Assembly: GCA_051362555.1 (NCBI GenBank)
Contig: CM120642.1
Coordinates: 6,882,001-6,946,000, forward strand
Reading direction: 5' to 3'
Length of the DNA: 64,000 bases
From: Lingula anatina
Lineage: Eukaryota > Animalia > Brachiopoda
The notes under the pieces are model-generated. The model did no database searches and was not told the origin of the DNA. It worked only from the letters and a program-made list of their open reading frames with translations. Shown piece after piece: positions 1 to 14,629 of this stretch. The position numbers were made by a program, and so were the translations under genes. The first letter of the stretch is position 1. Each line of letters starts with the position of its first letter.

Positions 1-511
1 ATGCTACCATACATGATCATAACTTTAGACTGCATTTCATTTTTGTATAATATATTGAATATAGTCAAGGGCATATACTTACTTGTATGTAATAATAATA
101 AAGACCATTGGATTTCTGCTGGTATAGTTCTGAATAATACACACAAAAAGTAGAATAATGGAGATAATAGACTGTTCAAGTTGGATTATTAAGCTACCTG
201 CATAGGAGTGTCGGGTGTGACATAAAGATGACGTACCATCACAAACCAGTGCTAACTGCACGTATTCAGTGCCAACATCGTTCTGTGAAGTTCAGACATG
301 TTGTTTTTTTCAGATTTAAATAAAAAAATCCTCCTTTTTTCTCAGCAGTTTTCTACCTTTTCATGTGGTGCCCGATCTCCAGTTGTAAGGCCACTTTTTT
401 TCCTCTTTATTTTGCTGACAACCCAAAACTGTGTCTGGATGTTACCTCATGAAAAGGGCAGTGCACAATGGATCTCTCACATTATCTGGATTGCAGAGTT
501 GCACATAAAGA

Positions 512-712
512 CACTGACAGATCCAGGATTGAAGAAGAGGGGTATCAAATTATTATTTTTTTAACCCTCTCTTTCCATCTTCGATATTGAACATTTAAAA
601 AAAAAAAAACTTTTGGATTGTTTGTCATTTTTAAGTAGGTGAATTAGGATTTTGTGACCCACACTGAGACTTATCTTTCTTTTTGGGAGAAAGGGCCCTG
701 GATCTGTCATTT
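512..712. mobile_element. Degenerate MITE with CAGTGGCGGATCCAGG-like termini
   Basis: Perfect 13-bp inverted pair tgacagatccagg (515-527) / cctggatctgtca (697-709) around an AT-rich interior. Similar single ends occur near 9290 (aaaatcctggaaccacc) and 51750 (aatatcctggatccacc). No clear TSD. Confidence 0.5.
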
Positions 713-2647
713 TGTTTTTTCAATTCCTACCCCCCCAAAAAAAATTAATTAATTAATTAAAAAATAATAATAAAATCATCTATGAGCTGAATGGCTACAT
801 GTACTATAAGCTTGAAACTAATCACCGAGTCAAACTTAAGGCAAGTCTAATATTGTTAACGTAAGTAGAAAAACAAAAGCTTGTTTTGGCTATTTCCCTT
901 ATATAAAATAAATAATGACAGTAGTAGAGTAAAATCTACATCAGAGTTCTGCAGTTTTGATCCAGTTAATTGGCTACTTCATGAAGTTAGGATCACTTAT
1001 TATAAACAATCAAGATTGTGGTTGACTGTCTAAGTAGCACACAGATATTTAAATATGACGCAACATGAACGACTGTTCTTTTTGCATAAAACTCATTTGA
1101 CATGAAAGCTTATGAGACAGGCAATATGCTTGCTATGACAACTCAAATTGTTTTATAATGAAGTCACGAAAGTTCTGGCAACATATAACCTATCCTAGTG
1201 GGTAAACACATCTGAATTAAGTTAGTCTTTGCATTAAAGTAACATATGTATTGAAAAATATGTTGGAAATTTAAAATAATGTAAAGATTATATTGTTCAT
1301 CTTGGTTTTAATATGCTCAGTTTTTTTGTTAAAATAATCTTCCAGGGTAACTTTGCTGAACTGCTTCTATTAAGTTAAAAGCACTGCAAGTGCTGCAAAG
1401 ATAATTGAAAATCCCATTAAACATTTCTTGACTGACATTGGTGAGAGTGAGGAAGATGCCTTCCTAAAGATATTATGGTCATAGTTTTAGTCAGTATGAT
1501 TGTAATCTTTGTGACAATAGCTAGCACTAGTATTGGGTTATTTTGTTTCAAAGAAGTGCAGTTTTTTGTTAAATTTTCATACAGTGCTCACTTTATATGT
1601 TGTGTATATTAAATTCAGTCAAACTAGGCATAAATAAATAAATAATTAGATTGAGAGTATAAAGCAATGTAAACTGAATAATGTACAAAATCTTGGTCAA
1701 ATATGGCATAATTGTTAGCTTCAAAAACTTTCTTATAGTCAAATGAAAAAATTGAGCCAAATCAATTTGAAAAGCATCACTCGAGATCTCTCTCTAAGTC
1801 AACAGCAAGAAAAACTTCTAATATACATGTGGCAAAAGAATTACAAAGGTCTTTAAACAAAGGTAAAGTTGTTACATGTATAACAGCATCAAATTTTATG
1901 CTGAAAATTCTTCATGTATCACTAGCAGATTTTATTATAAAAACATACATAAATACAATGGATATTATTGTAAAACATGTTTCTACTAGGCTTAAATGTT
2001 TAGTTTGTTACTCGGCCAATGACCACTGTTAAGTGCAACCTTGTTAAGTTTGTAACATTTGACGGTTTCTCAATCATCGTCTCAGGCATTGTGGGTGTTC
2101 ATGTTAAGAGGTAACTTGATTTCCCTGAAGAGGAGTAGGGTATCTCATTAAACGTAGATCACTCATTTAAGAAGGTGGTAGCACAGATGAATAAATGGGA
2201 ATGTTGGATTAGATTTTGATTGGATGAAGTGTAATTTCCTCAAGGTGCAATCAAAGCGATAGTATTTGTTACTTGTTAAAAGTCGATCTGCAGAAAAACA
2301 AATGAAAATCCTGACATTTGGGATACGAAATTGGTAAAACGATCCCTATTTTTTCCTACAGCAAGAGAACTAAAAACGTGATTATTAACAGTGGCAAATT
2401 CTATCTTGAATTGTGTTTGTAAGTGATAAGCAATTGGAAAGAGGAGCATTTCACACTTGATAAGTCTGTGACATGTTTCCAGGATGAGATGTGTTTTGCT
2501 TACACAAATGGCTGCACACTGTTTAAAGATTGCATGTTTTGATATTTCTCAACTTGTTTTTCTGTCATGGCATAAGGAGATTTCTGATGAAGGAGATTTC
2601 TGGAGACAGTGTCTCATTTGACCTACCACTGTAGACAGCATGCAAAT

Positions 2648-2926
2648 GGGGCTGTTTTTATAAAAGAACATACGTTTTAACTTTTTGACAAAAACTTTGG
2701 TCCACTTTGATTTTTCTGAATAAATTCATTGCATTTTACTTCAAAAAATGTAAGTATTGGTCAGAAACATTAACAGTTTTTCTAAATGCCATAAAACAGG
2801 CGCTATATTTATATTTCATTTATTGGACTACTACTGATTTATTTTGGGTCAAATTCAGCTGAAATTTTGGTCTATAAGTTTAGCCCAATTTTAGAGTTTA
2901 AAAGTTCATTTATGAAAAAAGGTCCC
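2648..2926. mobile_element. Possible old MITE remnant (Harbinger-like ends)
   Basis: Imperfect terminal inverted repeats ggggctgtttttataaaagaac / gttcatttatgaaaaaaggtccc; degraded. Confidence 0.3.
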
Positions 2927-3630
2927 TGGGCTAATTTTGTCCCCAACTATTCAGAAAAAAAGACCACGACATGCCAGCTTGCTCATTTGCACCAACCTTC
3001 ATTTCGTGACCTCGCAATAACACCGCTAATACTGTCTCATTTCTCCAGAGAAATCCCACAATGTTTTGATTCTAGTAATATTACAGTCTGTTAGGATGCA
3101 ACCAAGCAAGAGCCCCCAGATTCATTATTCTTTCAATCCTTTTTTCCCACTGCAGAAAATGAAATTGATTTTTCTTGAGTGGGCTATCATCAGTTCATAC
3201 AACGTCTTAAAGACCTAATGGGCTGAGTAAAATGCGATGTGAGAGTCACTGTAGAAACCGCTATCGTTTACACCCTGTTCTTTTGTTGTGCACCAAAGTC
3301 GAGAGAAACGTGTAATGCTATACGAAGACCCAGCATTGTTGTGCCTTTTTTTGGCGTATCAAAAGAAACTAATTTCTCTTGAAAGGGTGGTGTACAGATT
3401 CCTCTTTCTCTGGTATCTCCTCTTTTGTGTATTCTGCGGAGATGATTCATAGGACGCTTTAATAATACTGGCATCCAGTTGATGCCTAGTAATGTTGAGA
3501 ACGCCCTGCAACTTGTCACCTTCTATAATGAAACTGTCAATTTGCCTGCCTTGCGTTGCTCGATCCAGCCTGCTGTAATGATGGTTCCCCTAGCCTGGAA
3601 TATCTCTAAAAATAGTGCTATTCATCATTT

Positions 3631-3632
<2 letters not shown>

Positions 3633-3680
<48 letters not shown>
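3633..3680. repeat. Compound microsatellite (GT)n(GA)n
   Basis: Directly visible. Confidence 0.95.
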
Positions 3681-4623
3681 AAGATGGACTTGAAAAAATC
3701 AAATGCTGTGCAGTTTAGCATTCTGAGGACAAGGTAGAATTGCAGTGGGAATGATTGAGGAAAAGCAAACCTTAAAAAAAAGAAATCAAACCCAACAAAA
3801 TCACTAGACCTAGACAATTAGTAAGATATGGCACTCGCTCGATAATTGGCTTTTAAGATACCAAAACTATCGGCATTTAATAAAACATAATGTCTGTCTT
3901 CATCTGTGCTAAATTTCCATAGCCTAAATGGCAGTCAAAACACAATCGGAGTTTCCGGAGTCATTGTGTAAAGGTATCCAGGCTTTTACATGCATGAATT
4001 CTCTGAACATAAAATGTCTGTCAAAAGATCCATTTATGTTTTTTTATTCTCGTGCCATTCTGTGTGCAATGATACACAACAAAGCTGCCTATCTCAGTGG
4101 TAAGTAAGGTAGTCGTTGCATGCTGTTAGGAAATACAAAAATGAAGTAGTAACGTTGACTGTTATGGCTGTGTTAAAAATACATTGTTGTTAAAATTTTT
4201 AATTTATCTGAGTTTGATCAGGTTTCCCATTCTTTAAGATTTATTATTAAAGGATGGGAGTGCATTTTTTTCTTGCTTTTAAATTCTACGAACTGATTAT
4301 TGACATCATTACAACTGCCTACAGTTTTATTCCTACATTGAACCTAAATGCAGAAAAAACAAATACAGTAATTAATCAATCACAGTAATTGAGACTTCAA
4401 AGCCTAAAAGCCAGTATACAGGATTGAAATATTAATAACATATATACTTTGACTTCGTTGAAAATGGTTGTAAATAGAGAAATGTTAGTTTAGAGCCAGA
4501 TACATGTACATCTATTTGTATGTTGCCTGAGACCACAGAACCTGAGGTGCACCCATTTCACATAGAGTGGTACAGTTTTCTGTATCACACCAGTGTGACT
4601 GGTCCTTTTCCATGTAATTACCC

Positions 4624-4624
4624 T

Positions 4625-4655
<31 letters not shown>

Positions 4656-4660
4656 GGGGG
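4624..4660. repeat. (TG)n followed by poly-G
   Basis: Directly visible. Confidence 0.9.
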
Positions 4661-7600
4661 CACTGCCTTTCACAAGGTTGCTTACAACTGTTTGGACCAA
4701 TCAAAATGAATCCATGCAAATCCAGTTAACTTGCGATGTCAGATCATGTCGAGCATAAGGGCTCTGTTTAGGTGATTTTGAGTTAGGTAATAGCCAGGCT
4801 ATGAAGTTTTCTATCTCTCCCAAGGGTGTGAAACAGCATAGTCTATTGCACAATGTGAAAAGAGTCGGAGTTGGAGTGGGGTTTGTAAGTCTACAAACCT
4901 GCCCTTTGCAAACAGAACCTATGTCTCAGATACTTAAATTAATTAGGTTTGTTCATAATTAGTCTGCTAGCTTGTACGGCATTTCAGCTGAGACAGTTTC
5001 TTCCTAATACATTGATCTGAAAATGAACCTTCCCTGAGTTTTGGATTGATGAGGTGCATGTTTCTTTAATTTTAAGTTGTCATATTTGTCGATTGAGATT
5101 TTAAAAAAATGTAACAGCTGACATACATGTACATGAGACCTAAATTCAGGGCACATATAGCTGTACCAAGTTTGTCTGGGCAGTAATATCAAGCTTGTGT
5201 GACATGAAATTGAAGCAGATATGTTCTATCATAGATCAATGTACGGAACACTTGTTGATATATAAAATTGATCATTATGGAAGTAACGTTCCACGTTACA
5301 TCCTTAAATGAATTTATCATGGCCTCTAATTGCTGTAAAAGCAATATGGTGTCACATAGTACTGAGGGTAATGATTAGTGGAAACAAAAGGTAAAACGAT
5401 ACCATGATTATTTTGCACTTACGAGCTGGAGAACAAGATGACAAAAGGAATAATTCATTTGATGACAGAACATTGTGAATTATTGAAGATGAGAGAAATG
5501 GAACAAGGAAGTGAAAGGGAAAAAATTTAATTGAAAGGGACTGTAATTGTTTTGCACTTGCAGGTGGATAAAAAGATACAAGCATTGTACAATTTAATTC
5601 AAGGGATAAAGCTTCAATTCAAAGCAAACAATGTAAAACATCTGCAATGTACTTGTACTATTCAGATGAAATTTATTTTGACCTTCCAGCATGTTTGGAA
5701 TGCATTAAACATAACCAAATAAATAATAAAAGAATAAATAGTTACTTATTATTCAACTGATTTTACTTATCAGAAAGTTTACTGGCAGACAAAACTAAGC
5801 TGATATGCAGTTTTTACCCTTTTTCAAAAGAAAATGTTTTGCCCTAAATTTCCCTTTTATAGGATCTACAACTGAAGCTGCTATAGATTTGGCTATTTTG
5901 ACATACAAGGATTAAAAAAAAAAAAAAAAAAAAAAAAAACGAATGCTTTTGTTAAACAGGGATACATTAATTACAGCTTTATGCATGGAGTTTTCCAATG
6001 TCCAAAGTGCCTATGTAACCAGATCAATAATTGCATAAAAACACTGATTACAGATATTACTTAATATTACCTTCCCATTATTGTGAGGAATCGTAGGAGT
6101 TGTGATACCAACAAAATAAGAGCGCAAGATACACAGATATTACACACGGAGGAGCACAGTTATCAGAGACCTCATCTCCATACGAGGAAGATAAGAGATA
6201 CGATATTAACCACATCAACATGATATATTTTTATCACTTTTGATTTGCATCTAGCTTGCCCTAAGCACTTGCAGCACACTCCATACCACTTGGTGGGAAG
6301 CCTGTGACCTGAGCTAGTTCCCGCTTACCCTTGAGGAATACACAAAATAAACAAGTAAACAAATACCATTATCAGCATGGTGTTTGGGACGTCAACCAAA
6401 AATGGAAAAATTGCGGTAAAAAATGGTTAACCTTGGTTGCTGATATGAGGTGTCTTTTTATGACTGATAACAAGTTTTTATAATGTTAACTGTCATATTC
6501 ATATCTGCTTGATGGATCTACATTATTTTCAGCACGTATGATTCGAATACAGTCTACATATTTAAGTGCTGTAATCAGTCAAGAACGTTTTTGTACACTA
6601 GACTCTAGAAGTTGAGCAGCTGCATGGAGGAGAACAGGAGGGGCAATTTCCAGGAGACGAGAGCATCAAAATATCTCAGATCATTGCTAACAGTTATTTC
6701 TATCACTCGACTCCTAAAAGGCATGGGGCATGAAGATAAAATGTTGTAACATTATTGTGATTGTGATTTTTTCTTTTGGTTAAACAGAATGGTCATAGCA
6801 GATTTCATGAAAGAAATAATAAGTCCAGATGTAAAGTTTTCAAATTAATTTGACAAAATTTTTCACGACTTTAAAATCTTACAGCCACTGCATGGTTATG
6901 AGTGATATAAAAGAAAAAATGTAACTTGAGTAGAGATAAAGTGATTCAATTGAAAATTTAGAAGTCTTAAATTTATTTATATATCAACCTTAGAAAAGGA
7001 ATATAAATGTTTCAAGGATTCCTTGCTGAATGTGCTATGCATAAAGGATATGTACCAAGAAAAAAAAATAGATATAAAATGACAAATTCATTTACAAGTT
7101 GCAGTCAATTTCTGAGTCAAAGATGTTAAATATTCTTTGTTTAAAACATACAAGAGCAATAAATCCTTTTCATACACTGAGTTTAATGAGCATCCAAACA
7201 TTTTACCAGACAATTTACTAAGAGAGTGTCTAAGTGGGACTTACAGTGTTCTTCAAAATTTTAAAACCGATAGATTTTGCCATTAAAGTAACTGCTGAAC
7301 TAACACTATTTATGAAGTGCTTCGCTGTATGTTGAAGATGTACATTGACTGAAGAACATGAAAAATTTTCTTAAATCTTTGCCAGCTCCTCTGCTTTGAT
7401 TAAAAGTCCTGATTCAACAAAGAAATTAGCTTGAAAAATTATAACCACAGAGAGCACAAGGCTCCAATATTTATATTCTGCTACTACAAGTAATTGCCAG
7501 ATCATTTTGAGCTTTGAAAAAAAAACAACATAAATCAGTTATCATTACCCAGACCAATCCTTCCATGGAAAGAGTAATGCCTGATGAATAAAAAAATACC

Positions 7601-10600
7601 ATTCGAACCATAAAACACATTACAACAGACTGATATTTAATGTGCCTCCCCTTTGGCAACCCCTATTGCTACGATATTTCACAAAAGCTATAGCAATTTC
7701 AATTTAATCATTCTAGCCATCCATCTGTTGCTCTCTGGGTGATGGCTACTGAACAGGCCAGTGAGCAAAGGCTGACAGTTGCTTTTTTCCGTCAAGTCTA
7801 GCATATCAATGATTGTACCTATCTCTGTTTATTACAATGCACCCAAGTGACCCCAGCGCTTATGCACATCATATCATGGTAAATGCTTTGATTTTCACTG
7901 AAATCATCAAAATACAGTCCAGGGGCCCTGTTACGAGTCATTACGCCTTGGATTTGTATGAATCACATGAAAAAATGCCCTGCTGTGTGCGGTCCCTCAT
8001 TGTGGTAAACAGGGCCCTGGGAGCTGTGTAGGCATAATGGGCACGCTACATTTTATACAGCCATCAAAGTTTAGATGATGAGAGAGCGCTGCGGAGTTGG
8101 CAGAAAATATATGTATAGAGGAAGGAGTGACGACCATGATACATGGACGCACATGAAAGAAAACTGAGCTCGTTTGGGTTCACTATGGATGGCATCCACG
8201 GGTTTTATATCCGTTAGGTAAGGAGTGATGTTCTTGGCTTAAAAAAGGCACATGGTTAACTGAAGAGGTTTTTGTATTTAAGTTTATAAAGCTGTGTCAC
8301 ATGGGCTACCCAGACTGCAGTAAGGACTGAATAGACCATGTTCATTCAACTAAAAGGATTTCAGTGGAGATGAAAATTCACTTCCCAGTCAAAAAATGAC
8401 AAAAACAGAGACAGCATATGGTGATTAGTAAGTATATTCTCATGTAGGTTGCTCATATGCAGAGTGGTTGAATACTACGTATTGTTTCAATTAAATTTCA
8501 ATAGTATTTGAAACTTCGCCTGAGGCTCAACAAATTAATGTACCACCATATTGTCTCGTGTATTGTGGAAACGTATGTTTCACGTTCCTTGTTGTTGGCA
8601 AAATTGCAGGACTGATGATGAAAAAGGCTCTGTTCCAAATGGTTTGATTAGCACACTATGAAAGTAGGAGCACTCACAAGCTTTAAATAGATTGGGTTTC
8701 TGCTATTGGGGATATAAGCACCAGTAGGAGGGGGGGGGGGGGGGGGAGGGGGCTTTGACAGATGGGGGAAAATTTAATAATTTTCAAAGTTGAAATGTTT
8801 TGCAGTATGTTGGTTGATGACATTAATTACACAGTACTAGTATACAGATGAGTGAATATCATTTCCAATATGAGCAGAGAGTGAGGGGGAGGGGGAGTAT
8901 GGGAGATGGGAAATATTTCAACACATTTTCAAATATGTTAAAAAGAACATTGTAAAATTTAATTAGTATGATATGACATTTACATACAGGTGAACTGATG
9001 CACTTACATAATGTAAAGAGTTTTTTTTACCATAAGTGCAGCCCACATTTAGAATCTACATGTAGCACAACACTGACAAGTTTTTGGGTGGCAATTAATA
9101 TCAAAATTTAATACCACTCTCCAATGAGGAAGCTGGACAGAACCATTCATATGTGAACCATATTTGGACCAATCTCAGGAAGAAATAGTTTTCATCTCTT
9201 CCTAAACATTGTATTAGGGTAAAAATTGTCTACTGTTTTATATTTGCCTTGCTTAGGTTGGAATTTTTTCATTCTTGTGCCCTCTAGCAAAATCCTGGAA
9301 CCACCAGAAATCCAATGTGACCAAGATGTTCAATTGCATTTTGGTTCTGAAATTTATTATTTTTAAAAGAATTCTTGTTAACATAGCGCGCCAATGTCAC
9401 AAAGAGTAATTTTGTGGATATCCACCTTCCCTTTACCCCATGGAGCCTAGAAATATATTCAGCCAGTTGTGATTATAACAGCTCATTTTGGTGGAAACCA
9501 ATCATATACAATGTATTACACTGACTTTGTCATGCAAAACCATTTTTGATCTGTCAGTCAGTGGAAATACAATGCTAAAAAGTCAGTGTCATTCACATTT
9601 CCAATCTGCCTAATGCGTTTTAACGCACTGTTCCTAGAAATTAGCGAAACTGAATAACATGAAGCAGCACTCTAGTTGCCTGTGAATGTTTCCTGGAAAA
9701 TATTTTGAATACAAGAGCTTTTTTCAGACATCTCTGGAGAGCACAGTTATAACCTGTGGATCTGTGAAAAGTGGATAATATTATCATGCTAGAGTAGTTG
9801 AAACACTTCTACAAAAAAAATTGCTTCTGACTTGTTGTGCATGTACATTAAATATCTCTGTGGGACTATTGTAAAAATGCATCAAAATAATGCATGAGCC
9901 CATATTAAATGTTTATTGCATAAAATACTTGCATATGGGCCTATATGTAAATTAGTCATAAGGTATGATTGATATATGAGTAGAATATCAAATTTGATTA
10001 TGAAGGTCAAGGTGATATTCAAGGTGAAGGTCAGGTGAAATATAATAAAATATCATGAAACAAATATTCTTATGAGGGTAATGAAAAGAGAGGGTGATAG
10101 GTACAAAGGTGTTGGGTTAATGTCTCTGTATGTTCAATGATACTGAAAATAACAACATGATTTAAGGCAATCAAGATTAAGATGATTAACTGCTGGAACA
10201 TGTGTAGACTAATTATCTTACCAACAGGCTGTGATTAAAATCTCAACTTTACGTCTGCATCACATTAAAATGCAACATGCAATTAAAAAAATAATAATAA
10301 AATCTTCAGGCTGTTAAGATATATTTTTTTAAGTGCTGAGGGACCCTAACTACTAGTTTACCTATAAAAGTACATAGTAGAATGCACCCAAGTTTCATAT
10401 GTGTTCAGTACAATACTGTGATTTATCTGTGTCTTGGACAAACTTCAAGGTAAAATTATCTAAATGGCAAGCTGCAAATATATCTGAGTTCAGGAACTTG
10501 AGGTGTATTCTGATCACTTTTACTCTCCGTTTGTGCCATGCCTGATTAAAGGCAGCCTTGGGTACACTGTATGAGATCATCTATGGAACTGAAAGATAAA

Positions 10601-13037
10601 TATTCTATTTTTTTTTTTTTTTTTTTTTTTTTTTTGCCAGCATAAATTGACATTTTCATTTCTACTCTTTTTATGCACAGCTTTTCATTCCTCCCCCTTC
10701 CTCTTTTCTTCTTTCTCTCATTCTCTCTTCAATGCATCCTCCCCCCCCCCCTCCCACACAGACTCACACACACACTCCTCATCAAACATGACAATAAATT
10801 TATGATTGCAGGATAAAGGTTATGCTCTGTGTCCTGAGCATATTGTTATGTGACCTCTCAAAGTGACATAAGCGAAGCACATTTGGCACTGGGTCATTAA
10901 TGGCGTGAGACATCATTTTCACAAAGATATTAAAATAACTTCATCAACACAAAATTAATAAATAAAGATTTAAATGCACGGGATGGGCATCTGTGCCAAA
11001 AAGGAGTGTTAATATGGTTTTTGTAATTTAAATGTATATTTAATTAAATCTGACTTTTGTGTCAGATTTATAGAAGAAATATTTGGCAGTGTTAGCATCT
11101 CAGTGGTTTTATTAAACTATTACATCCTTTTATGTTGATTATAATATATTGTATTCTTCACACCAACACTGACTTGATTGGCTTGATTTTTGCCAAATAT
11201 TTTCCCAAATAACTGGATTGATTTTCTTTAATATTCTGTCTTATTTCATCACATTTTAATTGGGAGTCAACATGAGGTGTTACATAAATTGAGAACATGT
11301 TTGGCGCAACTTGCAACCAAGAACATATTGATTGTCTTTATTTAATTGACCGACAAGGCGCATGTTTAAATATCAAAAAGAGCATGCTGCCTGAAGTGAC
11401 TTGTATCACTAGTTGTAAGTAATATGAATTTTATGCAAGGATTGATTATAATTAACTGCTTTTATTTTTAACCTACATTTTCAGTGACAAGCTTTCATCT
11501 CTGGGTTTTAATTGGCATTAGTTACTTGTGAATATACAAGACACTCTCATGGCTGAATGCAATATACAAGAAAAGAAAAAAACTGAAGAAAAAAACTTGG
11601 GGTTCATGACTTTGATCATATTGATTTGTTTCAATTTTCAGATTTGAAGATCTGAAGAGAATTTGCTGTTTTAGCATTGAAGAATCTTGCCTGAGGATTT
11701 CTAGATACCAAGGACATTTAGTGAGCACAACTACTACAAATGTAAGTAGACTCAATATATTTTTTGCACTGATTAAAAAAGTAGTTTTTTATTCTGAACA
11801 ATTTAAGCTCAGCATACCTTAATTAGTACTCAAATAGCACAGTCAGCAAGTGGACCTTAAAATTCTGTATGAAAAAATAGTTGTATTCAGATTTTTTTTG
11901 AAAAAGTCAAACCCTTAAATGACAATAAGGGGTAATAATGATATTCAGAAATAGAATTGGAGCTGTTTTTGATAAACCTGGCTGTAAGTGCAAGCATTGA
12001 AGGGGCACAATTCTGTATGGATGGTCGGGGGAGGGGAAGCATGACCCCTTGGAATTTTTTAAAATAAATTTTTCACAAATATCTTGATCTCTGGATAAAT
12101 TGGGAAGACTTTCTTCTCTATATATTATGTTTTGGAAGCAAAAGTTATCAAAATTATATATTTACATTGGCAATTTACTTTAAGTCTAGGAATGAACACA
12201 CAATATAATATTTTTGCACCAAAAAGACTGCAGCATATTTAACCACATTTTTTTTTTTGCAAAACAAGTCTCCCAAAGAGCATGTTTAAAGATAATGTTT
12301 TTCCGTTAAAACAGCAGCCACAAAGTGCTGCACCTGTACATATTAAGTTACAGCAGGTGACACATGTATTGTTGTTCTGATATTTTATAATACAGAAGAC
12401 AGAGATGCATCAATCTGTTAGTAGAGTATAAAAGTGACTTCCTACTTACAAGATCTCTTATAGTTCTTCAGTGTATGATACTGCCAATAGTGCACTGGCA
12501 TTGCTAAGGAGGATACTTTAAAAAAAGGTCTCAGATTGAAAATATGGAATCGAGTGAGGAAAACATCAAGAAAAAAACTTGTTCTTTTTGTCTCATCTTA
12601 TTCTTATTTTAAAGCACTTTTTAGATGCACAAGTTTGCTGGGGTGGATATTTCTAATAGGTCACATTCAAGTTGGTTTAGGCAAGAATCTGTTGCTTTTA
12701 AAAATATTTTTATCTGACTCGGAAAAACTGTATAAAAATGTAGCACCTGCAGTTTAAGGCTTGGCTGAGGAGCATCAAAAGGTGTCCATAAAGGGCTGGA
12801 GATTTTTTATGGTTCATTTACATCATGAAATATGAAAAAAAAAACATCCTAAGTCTGCGTTACAATTGAAATTGCCAAAAAGAGTGACAAATGAAGATCA
12901 TTTTTGTATAAAATTTTCAGTGTGATCACTGTTGTATGTATGGACAACAGAGAACACCTGCAGACAATACCCATAAGAAAATATATGTGCATTAGGGCAG
13001 TTTTTTCACATATCTTGTGTGCAGCTAAGCTGACAAA

Positions 13038-13216
13038 CATGCCCTTGGACAGCACTTTGAAAAGTTTTTTTTTTACCTGAAAAGAGGACCTTTTTACCCC
13101 ATCTTATTACCCAACTTGAGAAACACCATAGAACTTAGATCAAATTTTGATTCATAGTGGACCTTTCTTGGCCAAGAGGGTGGCTCTTTCATCCCAACCC
13201 CACACCTATGGACTTG
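13038..13216. mobile_element. Degraded copy of the CAGGCCCGTAGCCAG MITE family
   Basis: Colinear with 27862-28019: catgcccttggacagca ... ctgaaaagaggaccttttt ... atcaaattttga ... agtggacctttctt ... ctatggacttg. Confidence 0.6.
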
Positions 13217-14299
13217 ATTAAAAACCTGCAATAAGTTTAATTGTGATGCTTGAATTAAGTCAGAGAAAGGTATTAGAAAGCGGGCTATGTTAAAAAGACC
13301 AATTTTTGATTCTTGTGACCCATAGGTAACCTTTCATGATATCTGATCACGCCCAGAAGTGAGAATTGCTTTGGGGGAGAGATTGTGGAAACCCTTTTTT
13401 GTCATGATCCTTATGTTAGAAACATGTTGAAACATTTTCTGTGAACTTTTTTTGCCAAATTAAAGGCTATAAACATAACACAGTTTTAAACACATCATTT
13501 CATGTTTTGAATTTCATTTTTTATTGTTGTTGATTTTTACCCCTTATTGTATGATAGGATAGCATCATAAAACAAAGAGGAATGAGTAATATTTTACAGA
13601 TTTGGGTTTAGAATGACTCCTTCTTCATCTTGAGTATCTGTTTAATAGAAAATGATTGATTTAAGGCATTGTTGATATTCCCATTTAATGTGTGGCATCA
13701 CCACTATACAAAAAGTAACCTTCTAAAAGTTTAAAGATTTGGTCTAGAATTCCCTTTTCTTTATCTGGTAAGAAAGACAAAGTCAATTGTTTAAAAGTCC
13801 GAGTGAAAATTGATCTAAGTGCGAAATGGGGAAGTGTTTCTTCCTAAGTCTTAAGACTGTTAAGTCAGTCAATTTAATACTCTGGCATACAAAATTATGG
13901 CACCACTTTTCAAACATAAAAAATAACAAGAAGTATCCACTTTAGCCGTGTCCTTACATATCTCTCCTATCCAAAGTATTCATTCTCTCTTGGAAACAAA
14001 TTCCATTGATTAACTTTGTTAGATAAAAAATATATGAGGCACTGTGCACACACTTAAGGAGTGCGGATAGATCCCCATCTTGTATATTAACTTGTGAACT
14101 ACTGTGTAAATGTTGACTGAATCCAGTGTACACATTTGCTCAGGAGAAAGTGTTTTCAAACAATAAACATCATAAGTTTGATTAGAGAGTTTACACGTAG
14201 GGTATGATCCCGCTGGTCCACCTGCTTATATTGGGTGTTAATTAGACAGACTCTGCACAGGGGAAGACTCTTGATTGAGGCAAACAAACTATGTGTGGG

Positions 14300-14626
14300 C
14301 TTTCTTCAGGATTTTAGAGTACTTACGAAACAGTGTTTGTCCCAGGGGAGGATATCTTTTAAAAAAGGGGAATTTTTATTTTAGAAAATAGCAATGGAAT
14401 AGTTAACATTAGATTGGGGCAAACAAGCTAAGACTGTTTTTCCCAAATGTAAGAGCAAAAACTATGTATTTCCCACATGGGATATATTAGAAAAAGGGAG
14501 TTTTATCATAGAAAATGGCATTGGAGCTGTTTACATCAGACTGGGGCAAACAAGCTAAGCTTGGTATTTTCTCTGGATTTAAGAGTAAGAAACAGTGCAT
14601 TTCTCAGGAAAGATCTTTTAGAAAAA
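14300..14626. repeat. Degenerate ~127-bp tandem duplication (~2.5 copies)
   Basis: tggggcaaacaagctaag at 14415 and 14542, with colinear flanks (tagaaaat(a/g)gca, aagag(c/t)aa, gatcttttagaaaaa). Confidence 0.75.
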
Positions 14627-14629
14627 CCG

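Noticed and set aside
4700-4935. Possible LINE/SINE fragment
   Set aside because: Only a vague resemblance to RTE-type leader sequence; no ORF, tail or TSD.
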